From assembly GCF_009914755.1 (NCBI RefSeq), contig NC_060940.1: 64,000 bases of DNA; one strand, written 5' to 3'. The DNA is from the human T2T-CHM13v2.0 reference genome, Homo sapiens. Shown here one piece after another: positions 37,367-51,000 of this stretch. Position numbers and translations under genes: made by a program. How positions within the stretch are numbered: the stretch's first letter is position 1; every line of letters begins with the position of its first letter. A model generated the notes under the pieces. That model saw only the letters and a program-made list of their open reading frames with translations. It ran no database searches and had not been told where the DNA came from.

Positions 37367-40300
37367 GCTACTCCTGCACTGCAACTGCTGCTGCTGCTAC
37401 TCCTGCCACAGCTGCTGCAAGTGCCGCTGCTGCTACTCCTGCCACAGCTACTGCAACTGCCGATGCTGCTACTCCTGCCACAGCTACTGCAACTGCCGAT
37501 GCTGCTACTCCTCCTGCCACAGCTGCTGCAACTGCCGATGCTGCTACTCCTCCTGCCACAGCTGCTGCAACTGCCGATGCTGCTACTCCTCCTGCCACAG
37601 CTGCTGCAACTGCCGATGCTGCTACTCCTCCTGCCACAGCTGCTGCAACTGCCGATGCTGCTACTCCTGCCACAGCTACTGCAACTGCTGATGCTGCTAC
37701 TCCTCCTGCCACAGCTACTGCAACTGCTGATGCTGCTACTCCTCCTGCCACAGCTATTGCAACTGCTGCTACTCCTCCTGCCACAGCTACTGCAACTGCT
37801 GCTACTCCTCCTGCCACAGCTACTGCAACTGCTGCTGCTGCTACTCCTCCTGCCACAGCTACTGCAACTACTGATGCTGCTACTCCTGCCACAGCTACTG
37901 CAACTGCTGATGCTGCTACTCCTCCTGCCACAGCTACTGCAACTGCTGATGCTGCTACTCCTCCTGCCACAGCTACTGCAACTGCTGCTGCTGCTACTCC
38001 TCCTGCCACAGCTACTGCAACTGCTGCTGCTGCTACTCCTCCTGCCACAGCTACTGCAACTGCTGATGCTGCTACTCCTGCCACAGCTACTGCAACTGCT
38101 GATGCTGCTACTCCTCCTGCCACAGCTACTGCAACTGCTGATGCTGCTACTCCTCCTGCCACAGCTACTGCAACTGCTGATGCTGCTACTCCTCCTGCCA
38201 CAGCTACTGCAACTGCTGATGCTGCTACTCCTCCTGCCACAGCTACTGCAACTGCTGATGCTGCTACTCCTCCTGCCACAGCTACTGCAACTACTGATGC
38301 TGCTACTCCTGCCACAGCTACTGCAACTGCTGATGCTGCTACTCCTCCTGCCACAGCTACTGCAACTGCTGATGCTGCTACTCCTCCTGCCACAGCTACT
38401 GCAACTGCTGATGCTGCTACTCCTCCTGCCACAGCTACTGCAACTGCTGATGCTGCTACTCCTACCACAGCTACTGCAACTGCTGCTGCTGCTACTCCTG
38501 CCACAGCTACTGCAACTGCCGATGCTGCTACTCCTCCTGCCACAGCTACTGCAACTGCCGATGCTGCTACTCCTCCTGCCACAGCTGCTGCAACTGCCGC
38601 TGCTGCTACTCCTCCTGCCACAGCTGCTGCAACTGCCGATGCTGCTACTCCTCCTGCCACAGGTGCTGCAACTGCCGATGCTGCTACTCCTCCTGCCACA
38701 GCTGCTGCAACTGCCGATGCTGCTACTCCTGCCACAGCTACTGCAACTGCTGCTGCTGCTACTCCTCCTGCCACAGCTACTGCAACTGCTGCTGCTGCTA
38801 CTCCTCCTGCCACAGCTACTGCAACTGCTGCTACTCCTCCTGCCACAGCTACTGCAACTGCTGCTACTCCTCCTGCCACACCTACTGCAACTGCTGCTGC
38901 TGCTACTCCTGCCACAGCTACTGCAACTGCTGATGCTGCTACTCCTCCTGCCACAGCTACTGCAACTGCTGCTGCTGCTACTCTTCCTGCCACAGCTACT
39001 GCAACTACTGATGCTGCTACTCCTCCTGCCACAGCTACTGCAACTCCTGATGCTGCTACTCCTCCTGCCACAGCTACTGCAACTGCTGATGCTGCTACTC
39101 CTCCTGCCACAGCTACTGCAACTGCTACTGCTGCTACTCCTCCTGCCACAGCTACTGCAACTGCTGCTGCTGCTACTCCTCCTGCCACAGCTACTGCAAC
39201 TGCCGATGCTGCTACTCCTGCCACAGCTGCTGCAACTGCCGATGCTGCTACTCCTCCTGCCACAGCTGCTGCAACTGCCGATGCTGCTACTCCTCCTGCC
39301 ATAGCTGCTGCAACTGCCGATGCTGCTACTCCTGCCACAGCTACTGCAACTGCTGATGCTGCTACTCCTCCTGCCACAGCTACTGCAACTGCTGATGCTG
39401 CTACTCCTCCTGCCACAGCTACTGCAACTGCTGCTACTCCTCCTGCCACAGCTACTGCAACTGCTGCTACTCCTCCTGCCACAGCTACTGCAACTGCTGC
39501 TACTCCTCCTGCCACACCTACTGCAACTACTGATGCTGCTACTCCTGCCACAGCTACTGCAACTGCTGATGCTGCTACTCCTCCTGCCACAGCTACTGCA
39601 ACTGCTGATGCTGCTACTCCTCCTGCCACAGCTACTGCAACTGCTGATGCTGCTACTCCTCCTGCCACAGCTACTGCAACTGCTATTGCTGCTACTCCTC
39701 CTGCCACAGCTACTGCAACTGCTGCTACTCCTCCTGCCACAGCTACGGCAACTGCTGCTGCTGCTACTCCTCCTGCCACAGCTACTGCAACTACTGATGC
39801 TGCTACTCCTGCCACAGCTACTGCAACTGCTGATGCTGCTAATCCTCCTGCCACAGCTACGGCAACTGCTGCTGCTGCTACTCCTCCTGCCACAGCTACT
39901 GCAACAGCTGCTGCTGCTACTCCTGCCACAGCTACTGCAACTGCTGCTACTCCTCCTGCCACAGCTACTGCAACTGCTGATGCTGCTACTCCTCCTGCCA
40001 CAGCTACTGCAACTGCTGCTGCTGCTACTCCTGCCACAGCTACTGCAACTGCTGCTGCTGCTACTCCTGCCACAGCTACTGCAACTGCTGCTGCTGCTAC
40101 TCCTGCCACAGCTACTGCAACTGCTGATGCTGCTACTCCTCCTGCCACAGCTACTGCAACTGCTGATGCTGCTACTCCTCCTGCCACAGCTACTGCAACT
40201 GCTGATGCTGCTACTCCTCCTGCCACAGCTACTGCAACTGCTGCTGCTGCTACTCCTGCCACAGCTACTGCAACTGCTGATGCTGCTACTCCTCCTGCCA

Positions 40301-40480
40301 CAGCTACGGCAACTGCTGCTGCTGCTACTCCTCCTGCCACAGCTACGGCAACTGCTGCTGCTGCTACTCCTCCTGCCACAGCTACGGCAACTGCTGCTGC
40401 TGCTACTCCTCCTGCCACAGCTACGGCAACTGCTGCTGCTGCTACTCCTCCTGCCACAGCTACTGCAACTGCTGCTACTA
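37367..40480. repeat. ~3.1-kb VNTR, consensus 39-mer GCTGCTACTCCTCCTGCCACAGCTACTGCAACTGCTGAT with 33- and 36-bp variants (about 80-85 units)
   Basis: Directly visible; all unit length variation is in whole triplets. Confidence 0.97.
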
Positions 40481-42114
40481 CCACTACTATTACTGCCGCT
40501 GCTACTGCACTGCTCATGTAACTATTGTTATTACTACTTCTCCGTATCTTTGTCATTAACTCCCATTTGGGAAGCTATAATCAAAGTTCTTTCTTCAGTG
40601 AGCTCTTTGCATATCTGAGGACCCCCAAACCGGATCCTGGCCCCCCTCCATAACACTTGTTAATCTACAGCGAAGTTGTTCACACTCGATGGGTGTAGTG
40701 TGCCAGGGGGTCTGGGCCACCCCTCTGAGGCCCTTCTGGCCTGTTGGGAACTCCAGCATGGAGAGGACAGGCTCGGATGCACAGCCCACCATGAGTCTGT
40801 GACTCCGCATGTACTTATTCCCTGCCACTGTGTCAGCCTTGGGTTCATGAGAAGGTGATTTCAACCCAAACGGCCTTGCTCCCTCTAAAGGCATATGCAG
40901 AGTGCCCACCCTGTGCCAAGCACTGCTCTGGGGTACAGCAGGGTAAGGTGGCTCCAGGGTCCCCTCAGAGCCTACATCGGGGCAGGCAGAGCACGAGAAG
41001 GGTCTCCAAAATAATATGTCAGAACATCCGTCTGTACGTGTTTGCATCTAGAATATTAGAAATGAGCTGAAGCCTAGAGTGCCAGCTAGTAGTGCTCATA
41101 TTAGCAGAAGTCACAGCAGTGTGTGCAGGGAACCTCCCCGGCCACTGCCACAGCCCACTGTAGGGAGCCCCCTTACATGGATTTGCAGGTTCTGGTTTTA
41201 AGCAGAAAACCCCCAAAAGAACTTTCAGCAACAAAACTGAAAGAAATATAATACAATAAAGAGCCAGCCAAAAAATGGTGAGCTGGGCCCCAGCCCAGCA
41301 CAGGTTTGGTCGGCTGCCTGTCCAGGCCAAACCCATGAAGTGCCGACCAGATCTGAGCAGAAATCACCTCTGCAAGAGAAACCCTCAGAATGGCTATTTG
41401 AATATGGATTTCCGTCTTCAGTCCTCAACGCTGCACCCCATGCCGGCGTGTGTTTCACCCTAAGGTCTTAGCCAGTGCTATCAACCCTATCTCAGGGAAT
41501 GGGAGGTGGGCACCTATGCTCCCTGCCCACATGGAGGTGCAGTGTGTAAATGTTTGGAGGACAGGGACTCAGAGTCACCGAAACCCCACACTCCCAGAAT
41601 GAATCACTCATTCAATAACATTTATGCAGGCAGCATTTTGGAATCTGACAGCCCCTCACCTGCAGTCCGCTCCCTTCACATCCCAGAGCCCAGGAATTCA
41701 GAACTCTCTCCACCAGCCCCTCCGGGGAGGGCTTCCATGGGCCCTCACAGGGCAGCAAGCCACAGAAAACCTGGGGTCTGCCAGGCAGGACCACACAGAC
41801 AGCTTCAGGACCAGGTCTCTGTTTGCGACCTGGCAAGGCCATTTCTAACTCTGTGACCCTAAGCAAGTTTCCCAGCAGTCTGAGGATGGAACTCGCAGCT
41901 TCAGCCTGATGCTGAAGGACATGAGGCTTGAAAAATCCTTGGCGAGTGGGCAGGCAGGGAGAAGGAGGCAGCAGCTGCTGCCTTCTTCTAGTGGCCATCC
42001 TGACCTCTGGAGTAAAAATGAGACATATCTCCTTTCCTTTCAGAAGTCGTGAAAAGCACCTCTTCTTTCTAAGGACAATAGGATGAGGGTTAAAAAACTC
42101 ATCAAAATGCTTCA

Positions 42115-42345
42115 TGCAATGGTTAAATCAAGCTAATTAACATATGCATTGCCACACATTCTTATATTTTAGTGGTGAGAGTACTTAAAGTCCACTATTT
42201 TAGTAATTTGCAAGCATACAATACATTGTTATTAATTATATTCACTGAATTGTACAATGGATGCTTTGTACTTATTCTACAATGTTTACGTATTTTCAAA
42301 ATATATTGTACGCCATAAACATATACAATTTTTGTCCATTAAAAT
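42115..42345. mobile_element. Short L1MA 3' end with 5' inversion
   Basis: 42115-42265 is antisense and 42270-42345 is sense; the two pieces are contiguous in the recalled L1MA 3' consensus. Confidence 0.65.
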
Positions 42346-42606
42346 TTGTTGAAATTAAGAAGAAATGAAATGCTTTGCGTTCATTGGTAGAGAAGGTGGT
42401 CAATAAGCGTGGAATGGATTCGCAGTCCAGTCACTCGGCCGTGCAGGAAGCCAGCGTCTGGCAAGGGCTGAGTGGCCTGAGGAATTTCACTGTTTTTAGG
42501 GCTGATGTCACTTTTCCCTGGCTGCGCACTAGGTCATAGTATGTCTCCAAAGTTGGGATAAACATTTCCTGAGTGCCAGAGTCCCCATTTAAAAAATAAT
42601 AGTAAT

Positions 42607-42892
<286 letters not shown>

Positions 42893-43635
42893 ATAATTAT
42901 AATAATAGCAGTTGAAATCCTCGAATTTACAAAATAAAATGTCTCCAAAGACCCAAGGATGAGAACGCGATCACAGAAACAAAGAGAAGGGAAGTCCTGG
43001 GGGCTGTGAGCCCAGCTATGCCCAGGGAGCCTGTGGGTTCAGGGAGCAGAGCTGGGGCGTCAAGTTCTCACAGGTAACAGCTTCTCACAGAGCTGGGAGC
43101 TTCCTGCTCCTGGAGAGTCCACAGGCCTCCATCAGCCGCAAACATTTCTGGGGGACAGAATGTCACCTTCAGGGAAGAACAGACACACTCCTGAGGGGAC
43201 TGTAACAGCAACCACTAACCACTCTCCTCCCTGGGATTCTCAGAGCTTCATCCTCTCACTGACTCTGGAGAGAGGAGATGTGCGCAGAGAATTCAGAACC
43301 CCTCCCATCGCCACCACCTCCCACAGCCGGAAAGCAAACTACTTATTCCTGGAATGGTTTAGAGAAACACGTGCTGGGGGGCAGGGGGCTTCTCTTACAT
43401 CTCCTTCTTTCTGGGGGCGCGGGGGGGAAGAGAGAGAGAGATTAAGTCTATTATCACACTACTGTGCCTCACATTCGGGTAGAATTCCATGCCCTCGTTG
43501 AGGTGAATGGTGCTCAGTGGTGCTGGGGTGACTGGGCTGGAACACCCGCGTGTGGAGGCACATCTTTTTAAAGGCAACACTTCCTTTGTGCTGCTTCTCT
43601 CTTTGCAGTTCAGATTTGGAGAGAACGTGGTTTCG

Positions 43636-43785
43636 ACCCAGGCTCTATTACTTACCTGCTATGTGGCTCGGAGCAAATTATTTAACCTCTTTTGGCATCA
43701 GCTTCCTCCTCTGTAACACAGGACACAATATTGATCTGGCAGTGATGAATACAGAATGTGTCCAAGTGCCTGCAACAATGCTGAA
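43636..43785 (+). mobile_element. MIR fragment
   Basis: ccaggctct..acttac..gctatgtg..gcaaattatttaacctct..cagcttcctcctctgtaa core. Confidence 0.65.
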
Positions 43786-43786
43786 G

Positions 43787-44218
43787 AATGTGTGTGTGTG
43801 TATGTGAGTCCTGTATGAGTGTGCATACACTTTGTATGTGTATGTGCATGAATCGTATGTGTGTGTATGTCTGTATGCATGCATTGTGTATATGTACACA
43901 TGTGCACGTCGTATATGTGTATGCATGCATCGTGTATGTCTGTCTGCACGTGTATGCACACATGTGGGTATGCGTGTATTGTGTGTGCACATGCTATATG
44001 TGTATGCATGTTATTGTGTGTGTACACACATAGTATGTGTATGCAAGCATTCAGACATGTGGATGTGTGAATGTATCTGTGCATATGTGCACATGCTATA
44101 TGTGTATCTGCATGTATTGTGTATGTGTGTGCATATGCACACGTGTAGATGCATGTGTCGTGTGTACATGTGTGTATGTGCATGTGCACACATATGCATG
44201 CATGCATTCTGTGTGTGC
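43787..44218. repeat. Alternating purine-pyrimidine (TG/TA/CA) low-complexity tract
   Basis: tgtgtatgcatgcacatgtg-type sequence. Confidence 0.92.
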
Positions 44219-45344
44219 TTTGCCCTCAGTTTACTCTCACCATATATTTCTGGTGCTGTTATTCTTGGTGTCAAAACAAAGAAGAGGGTTGAGGAGGGAC
44301 CCAAGGCTGCAGCAGAGCCCCCGGAGTGCGTCCCATGGCCTCCCCATGTCCTCCTCGCAGGGCCGAGGCAGACTTGCCCACTGGAGCAAAAGAGGGGTCA
44401 GGAGAGGAGATTGCCTGAGCAGCTGAAATGCCGCCATCATTTATTTGTCAAATCCCCAAAGGTACCCTCTGCCAACTACAGTTTACCGACTCGCATCACA
44501 GCAGTCTCCTCTTACGTTATTAAGCTCCAAACAGAGTGCTTTGTTTCTAATTCACCAACACACAGAGCTCCAAAGAACTGAGAGATAGAATTTCATGTCT
44601 TGGCATCTCAGCCACCCCAGAGAAAAAGAAGTAAGCAGTCAGCGAGTCCCTGGTCTCAGATAAAACAAAGTATGTTAATTCAGGCTGATTTCTTCTCGCT
44701 CCTAAAGGGATTTTATGCTGTGCCAAATGCTGGATGATAAGAACTTCTTCAGTTTTGTTTCTTTAGATCTGTTTCCTTTTAACCTCTACCCCACTGTGAA
44801 CTTCATTCCTTCATATTAAGAATAACAGTAGATTCAAAATTCTGGAGCAGCACTAGCAAAATATAACGAGAATGTGGAACGCTGGTCCTCACACCACAAA
44901 AACAAATGAAATGCAACTTGTTGCTGAATAAACTTAGATTTACTTTATTAGATGACTTTACTATAAGCTTCCCCCGTTTCTGCGGCTTCATGGGATCTTA
45001 GCCTGCGTCAGCCAAACCACTTGCTATTTTTCTGTTGCTAAAACCAGGTCGTGTGGTGTCTCAACGAGGAGACGAGAGCTGTACTCTTTTTCTCCTCATC
45101 TTCCTCTCATGGACAGTGCATACTACCAATAATATTTTAGGAGATTCCAGAATTTACCCAAATGGTAAGAAAAGTCATCAATTCCACAAAAGAGTTTGTA
45201 TTTCAAATATATGTAAAAACTAAACAAAAACTCCAGTACAGTAGCATGCAGCACTCTCAAAGGGAAGGAGGTTTACATCGAGCACCACTTGGTTCTAGAC
45301 AGGTACCCAGGTGGTAAGTGAAAATTCAGTGAAGTCTAACACAA

Positions 45345-45541
45345 GATCCTCCACCTTGGCTCTCGTGATACTTGGGCCGGGTAATTCCCAGCTCTGGAGG
45401 CTGCCCTGTGCTTTGTAGGGGGCTTAGCACCTTCCCCTATCTTCTTGATGTCAGGAGAAGCCCCCACACCAGGTGTGACAGCCAAAAATGTCTCCAGACA
45501 AATGTCCCCAGGGGGCAGTCAGCCCCGGTGGAGAACCACTG
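45345..45541. mobile_element. MER20-like hAT MITE
   Basis: gtgtgacagccaaaaatgtctccagaca..aatgtcc..gagaaccactg signature. Confidence 0.75.
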
Positions 45542-45639
45542 TGAGAACCAACTCACTAGTGATCAGTCCTGCACTCCAATAAAAAAGAAACCGGGCTGTT
45601 CAATCAAAAGGAAAGATCCACCCAGACGTGCCCCAGGGG

Positions 45640-46210
<571 letters not shown>

Positions 46211-46696
46211 ATGAAAAAAATTAGGAGAGGATGGTGTTTTGTAGGAGAAGAAAATCAAAATAGGAGTTAAAACCAATCCCAGTGACTTCCTTTAACTATG
46301 GGAAATAATCTCCTAAAAACAGAGAGATCAGATTCCCCACATTCTAGCTAGCCAAATGACCATTACAGCAAGCCCACAATATTTTTGCTGGTCAGACAGC
46401 TGCAGTGTCTGTTAGCACCTGATGCAACCCAATGGGCTGTCTAATGAGCTCTGGTGTGTATCTTTCTGTGGAAAATAATGTGTATGCATGGTCACCCAAG
46501 TTCAACACGGCCAGGGGTGGGGCCGGGGGTCAGCACGGGTGTGTCTTGTAAGGCAGTCTGTGTTGCCTGTTAGGATATAAAACAATTGGTATCAGCAATG
46601 AAACATGCCCAGTGTGACCTGCTATTTAAAGAGGAAAAAGGCTTGAAACCACTCAGACGCCCAGAATTCCCCATTGCCCACTCAAAACTCTACCAT

Positions 46697-46734
<38 letters not shown>

Positions 46735-47940
46735 CTGTCCTTTGGTTTGCATTACAGAACAGCTGCTGTTGCTATTCAAAGACATTCTGAGGACTCTTAG
46801 TGTAAATGGGGTAACCCATGTCTTCTTGGAGAATTCAGCTGCTGTTAATTTACTGTAAAAAATATCCACTCTTTTAGAGACCTAGAGATTTTCAGGGGGT
46901 TCATGACCTGTCTGAGAGCCACGAGATGGGTGTCTGTCCACTACTGGAGGCCTTTCCTGCCACGTTCTAAATATGAACGTGGCTGTAACACTCAGCCCTG
47001 AGTCAGGAGGCAACCTGTGCCGTTTCAGGAATCTGTAGCTCTGTGGAGCCAAGCACCACGAGAAATGCGTAGAAACTGGGGTTTTGGGATAAATTATCCT
47101 GGGACGCCAATCTGGCAAAGTTTTGGATAAAGAAAGGTGATAACAGAAAATTCTATCATTTTCGAGACATGTTGTCGCGGCGACAATGAAGAGCGGAAAT
47201 AGTTTTCATGATTCTAATTTCTCCCAAAGGCCACACATCAAAAAGACACTTCTATCTTTTAATGACTCTCCATCTGGTATGTTACAGAAGAGAAAACTCT
47301 GAGAAATCCTGCCCCTACTCTAAGGACTGGGAAACTGTGGACGGGAGAGGCTGCACTGAGCCTGAGCAGAAGGGCCAGTGAGGCAGGGGACGCACCCAGC
47401 AGCGTTTGGCAACACTGCAGGGAGAGCCACCAAAGTCACAAATCATGCCAAGCGCGAGGTCAGGATCCACCTGATCAGATCCCACTCGTTTCCTAGAAAA
47501 CGGCGTGTAGAACGTTCTCTCTGGTTTTTGTTGACCAGCAGGCTCTGAAGCGTCACAGGACAGCAGTGTCTATTCTGTGAAATGCACGTCGGGGATTTTA
47601 CGGTGAGGTCTCCTTGAGTGAGATTTGGGCAACAACCACACTAAGAACAAGGGTCTCATAAAATACGCAAATAAGCAAAAGGTGATGTCGCTACAGAAGC
47701 CACAGTTTGTTTGTTTTTACCTTAAATCTCGCCTGCTTCCTTTTGGCAAATAGATAAATAAATATAAGCTTCAGAGGTCGTTTTGAGAAGTTTTCTTTCC
47801 ACACGTGAACATTTGTCTAGTGCTATTATCAGATCAAAAAGTATACATCTGGGACAAAAGAAAATCTTCACCACCCAAGTGATGCCAGTCAGGCGAATTT
47901 CCCAAATCTCAAGTTGTTTTTTACTTCCGAAGAATGTCAT

Positions 47941-48054
47941 GGTTTTCTGCTTCCTAACCTTTGAGTCTGAAGCTGGTAGACGTCGAAGAGGGCGGTGGGT
48001 TTTCTGCTTCCTAACCTTTGAGTCTGAAGCTGGTAGACGTCGAAGAGGGCGGTG
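47941..48054. repeat. Perfect 57-bp tandem duplication
   Basis: ggttttctgcttcctaacctttgagtctgaagctggtagacgtcgaagagggcggtg occurs twice. Confidence 0.95.
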
Positions 48055-51000
48055 GTGGTGTGCCGAGTCAGTTCAGTCTGGCTCAGAAAGTCAGGAGGAC
48101 GCCCACCATTCCACTGAATCACTGTCTCTTTAAACGGGTGGTTGTCACAGCCACTTTTTAATCGCCCCATTGCTTCTTTTCCGATTGAAATTTTTCTTTT
48201 GAAGATCATTCTTTTCCAAGGACTTGCAAGCTTTTCTTTTTTTTTTTGTAAAAGTTTTGGGGCAAAACGATTCTTACCTCTGGGGCAAGAGGACATTGGC
48301 TGTACCGCCTTAGAAGTATATTCATTTGTGTTTGATGATTTGTATTAGACTGAATAGCAGTCACTGGTTCAGAATTGCATTTCTTAGAATACATAATTCA
48401 GTGCTTGGTCTGTCCAACTATGGATGAAGCGGCGCCCTCTGTCCACCTCAAGTGCTCCCCAGAGCACGCCCTTCTGTTGGAGCATCTGCACCTGCTCCCA
48501 GGCAGTCACCCAGGTCAAATTTCCTCCTCCCTGCTTGCTCAGTGCTTGGGCCACTAGCCTCATCTGCCCTCCCAGGAAGCTTCTGGGGGCCTCTTGTTTC
48601 TTTTTGGTAGCTTTGTCTTTCTTGAATCTTCCAAGAATTTGGGAGACTTTGGAATTGTCTTTGCCTCTTCCGCAATGTCTCTCCTGGACAAATCCATGTC
48701 TACTCACTGCCATCTCATCAAGATGGCGCCCAGCTGTGTGTCCAGACTTCCTCAGTGGGATCCCACACACCGCCAGTTCATGCCTACTACGAGCCTCAAA
48801 GATGACTTCCAAGTCCTATAGCCTCAAGGCACACCCTCACGGAAAACCATTTTCCTGCATGACTGTATTGTGTGGTGACAACACTGTCTTGTGGATTAGG
48901 TAACTGTGGTCCCCTCCACTTGTCGTCTTTTTTTATTAACTTATAAACAAATCCATTTCAAATTAATTATGTCATCTGCTTAGGCTATCTCGACCTTTGC
49001 TTCTAAGTTATTCTGAAAGGACTTTGTTTTGCTTACTTGAAGAGCTCCTTGACCCTGGGTTCCAATGCGGTCTAGGGCAAAGAGCCTTGGACCCAGAGTC
49101 AGGCCGCAGTGCTAGATGAGCCTCCGCTGCTCAGAGCTAAATGTGCGCTAGTTATTTTATAGGTTTGTTGCGAAAAAGAGTTAATTTTTGTGAAAGTGCT
49201 CTGTAGCGGAAAACATTTTGAAAGCATTCTAGAATTGGCCAAATAAAAGTAGTTTTCTGGATTCTGACATAGATGAAGGAACAATACATTTTTTTTTTGT
49301 AATCTCAGAAAGAAACTATTGGACAGAAAATCTAGAGAATCTTTATTTTTTTCCCTAAGAAACTACATAAAAGATGTTGCAAACTAAAACAGATTTGGAA
49401 ACCTGAATGCCACGTGCGGCCCTGAAGCGTTCACAAAGGCACTGTGAAGTCTAGGCCGGGAGTCCGCAGCAGGGACGTGGTGGTCAGTCCAGTGGCTCAC
49501 GTTGTTCAGTGTTAACCTGGGCATTTTATAGCAGTGCGGGAGGCCGGTATCAGAAGCTGTGCATCTTTCAAAGAAAAGTTGCTTTAAACAACTGTTTCAA
49601 TTGCCACAGTGAACTTTGTTCAGAGCTAGTTTCACAGCAAACAGTCAACATCAAACTCTTCCAAGAAATGAGCGTACATTGAGAGAAAGGCAGTGGAAGA
49701 AAAAATCTAGGAAATAGAACAAGGCTATCAGATAGTAAGTGCATGGATCTGAGTGAAAGGTGACAAGAATCAGGTCAATGATAGGCTCAGAAAGAGACAA
49801 TAGTTTAAAAACCCAAACCAGAAGGTGGACGAAGCTAGAGGGTGGAGCTGCAGGAGCAGTTCACGCAGGTGGAGACAAATGAGCTTGACACCAGGCTTCC
49901 CTCGCCTCCAAGTGCAGCCCCCACCCTCTCAGGTGGGTACGTGGCATCAGCTGGGTGGGGGTACGGCACACAGCTGGGGGCACAGTGGGGCCAACAGTAA
50001 TTTTGATGATCTGATTTCAATGCAGAAAAAGGGAATGAACGTGACAGGATGATTTTTTTAAGCTTAAGGAAGCAAAAAAGAAAGCTTAAGAGGCTAACAC
50101 TCAATTCCTAAAACTTTCTTTTTAACAGAAAGTCCCAGAAACAAATGATGTCAATACATGGAGAAGCTTACGAAGCTCCAGGTGGACTAAAGCTGGCCCT
50201 GCCTATTCCACAGCATGCGAAGGGCAAGGAAGGGCTGAGCGTATTTCTAAAGGTGGGGTGAGTGAGGACTCGGGGAGCAGGAGTTTTGCTCCCAGGCAGA
50301 CCGCTCAGCCAGGCACTCGGCCAGCATGCTAGTAACAGCGAGGTGCACACGCAGCTCCAAGACTGCGCTCTTTCTGTGAAGGATACACAGACTTTGTATC
50401 CGCAGCTCTGAGGGATGAGCTGGGGCCCCCGCAGCTGTCCTTGCTGGCTCGTGGGGTGCAGCAACTTCCTGAAACAAGCAAGGCCACAGTGAGGCTCTGA
50501 CAACAGGCAAAGGGAGGGAGGAGCAGAGACATGCCCAGTGATTTGACAAGGGTCCGAGGGTCCGCGTGGAAGGTGACCCAGCACCTACTGCGTACCAGTC
50601 CCTTCTAAGTGGCAGAAAAGGCCCAGGCCCTGCTCTCAAGAAGCTTAAGGTCTCCTGGCAGGAAGGCGGGAGCCCCACCTTAGAGAAACTGTACATGGTG
50701 ATTCTCAGTACAGTAAGAGGCATTTGCATGACTGGGCCTCATCAAACATTCACAAATATTTAAATTAGATCACATAATCAAATAGAGGTGTTCTGTGATT
50801 TTTTAATTTTTTTTTGGCAGTAGAAGTAGTCTTAACAAGTTGTATCTACATAAATTATTATGTTATTATAAATCTGACTCTGAAATGCACTTGGGGAAAT
50901 GGTAATTTAAAGACACCCTAAAGGGGTTTCTTTGACAAAGAGAAACAGGGAAGCTTCCGCCTCTATCGGCCTCCTGTGAGACGCAGACTTTCCTACGCTG

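Noticed and set aside
37367-40480. VNTR as a CRISPR array or a known mucin gene
   Set aside because: No unique spacers, eukaryotic context, and no recognisable mucin flanking domains or exons.
43678-44581. Cys/Val/Met- and His/Thr-rich ORFs
   Set aside because: Translations of TG/CA low-complexity repeat; the same applies at 20590-21117 and 62200-62340.
46700-46728. A29 tract as a retrocopy tail
   Set aside because: No upstream poly(A) signal, SINE body or TSD visible.
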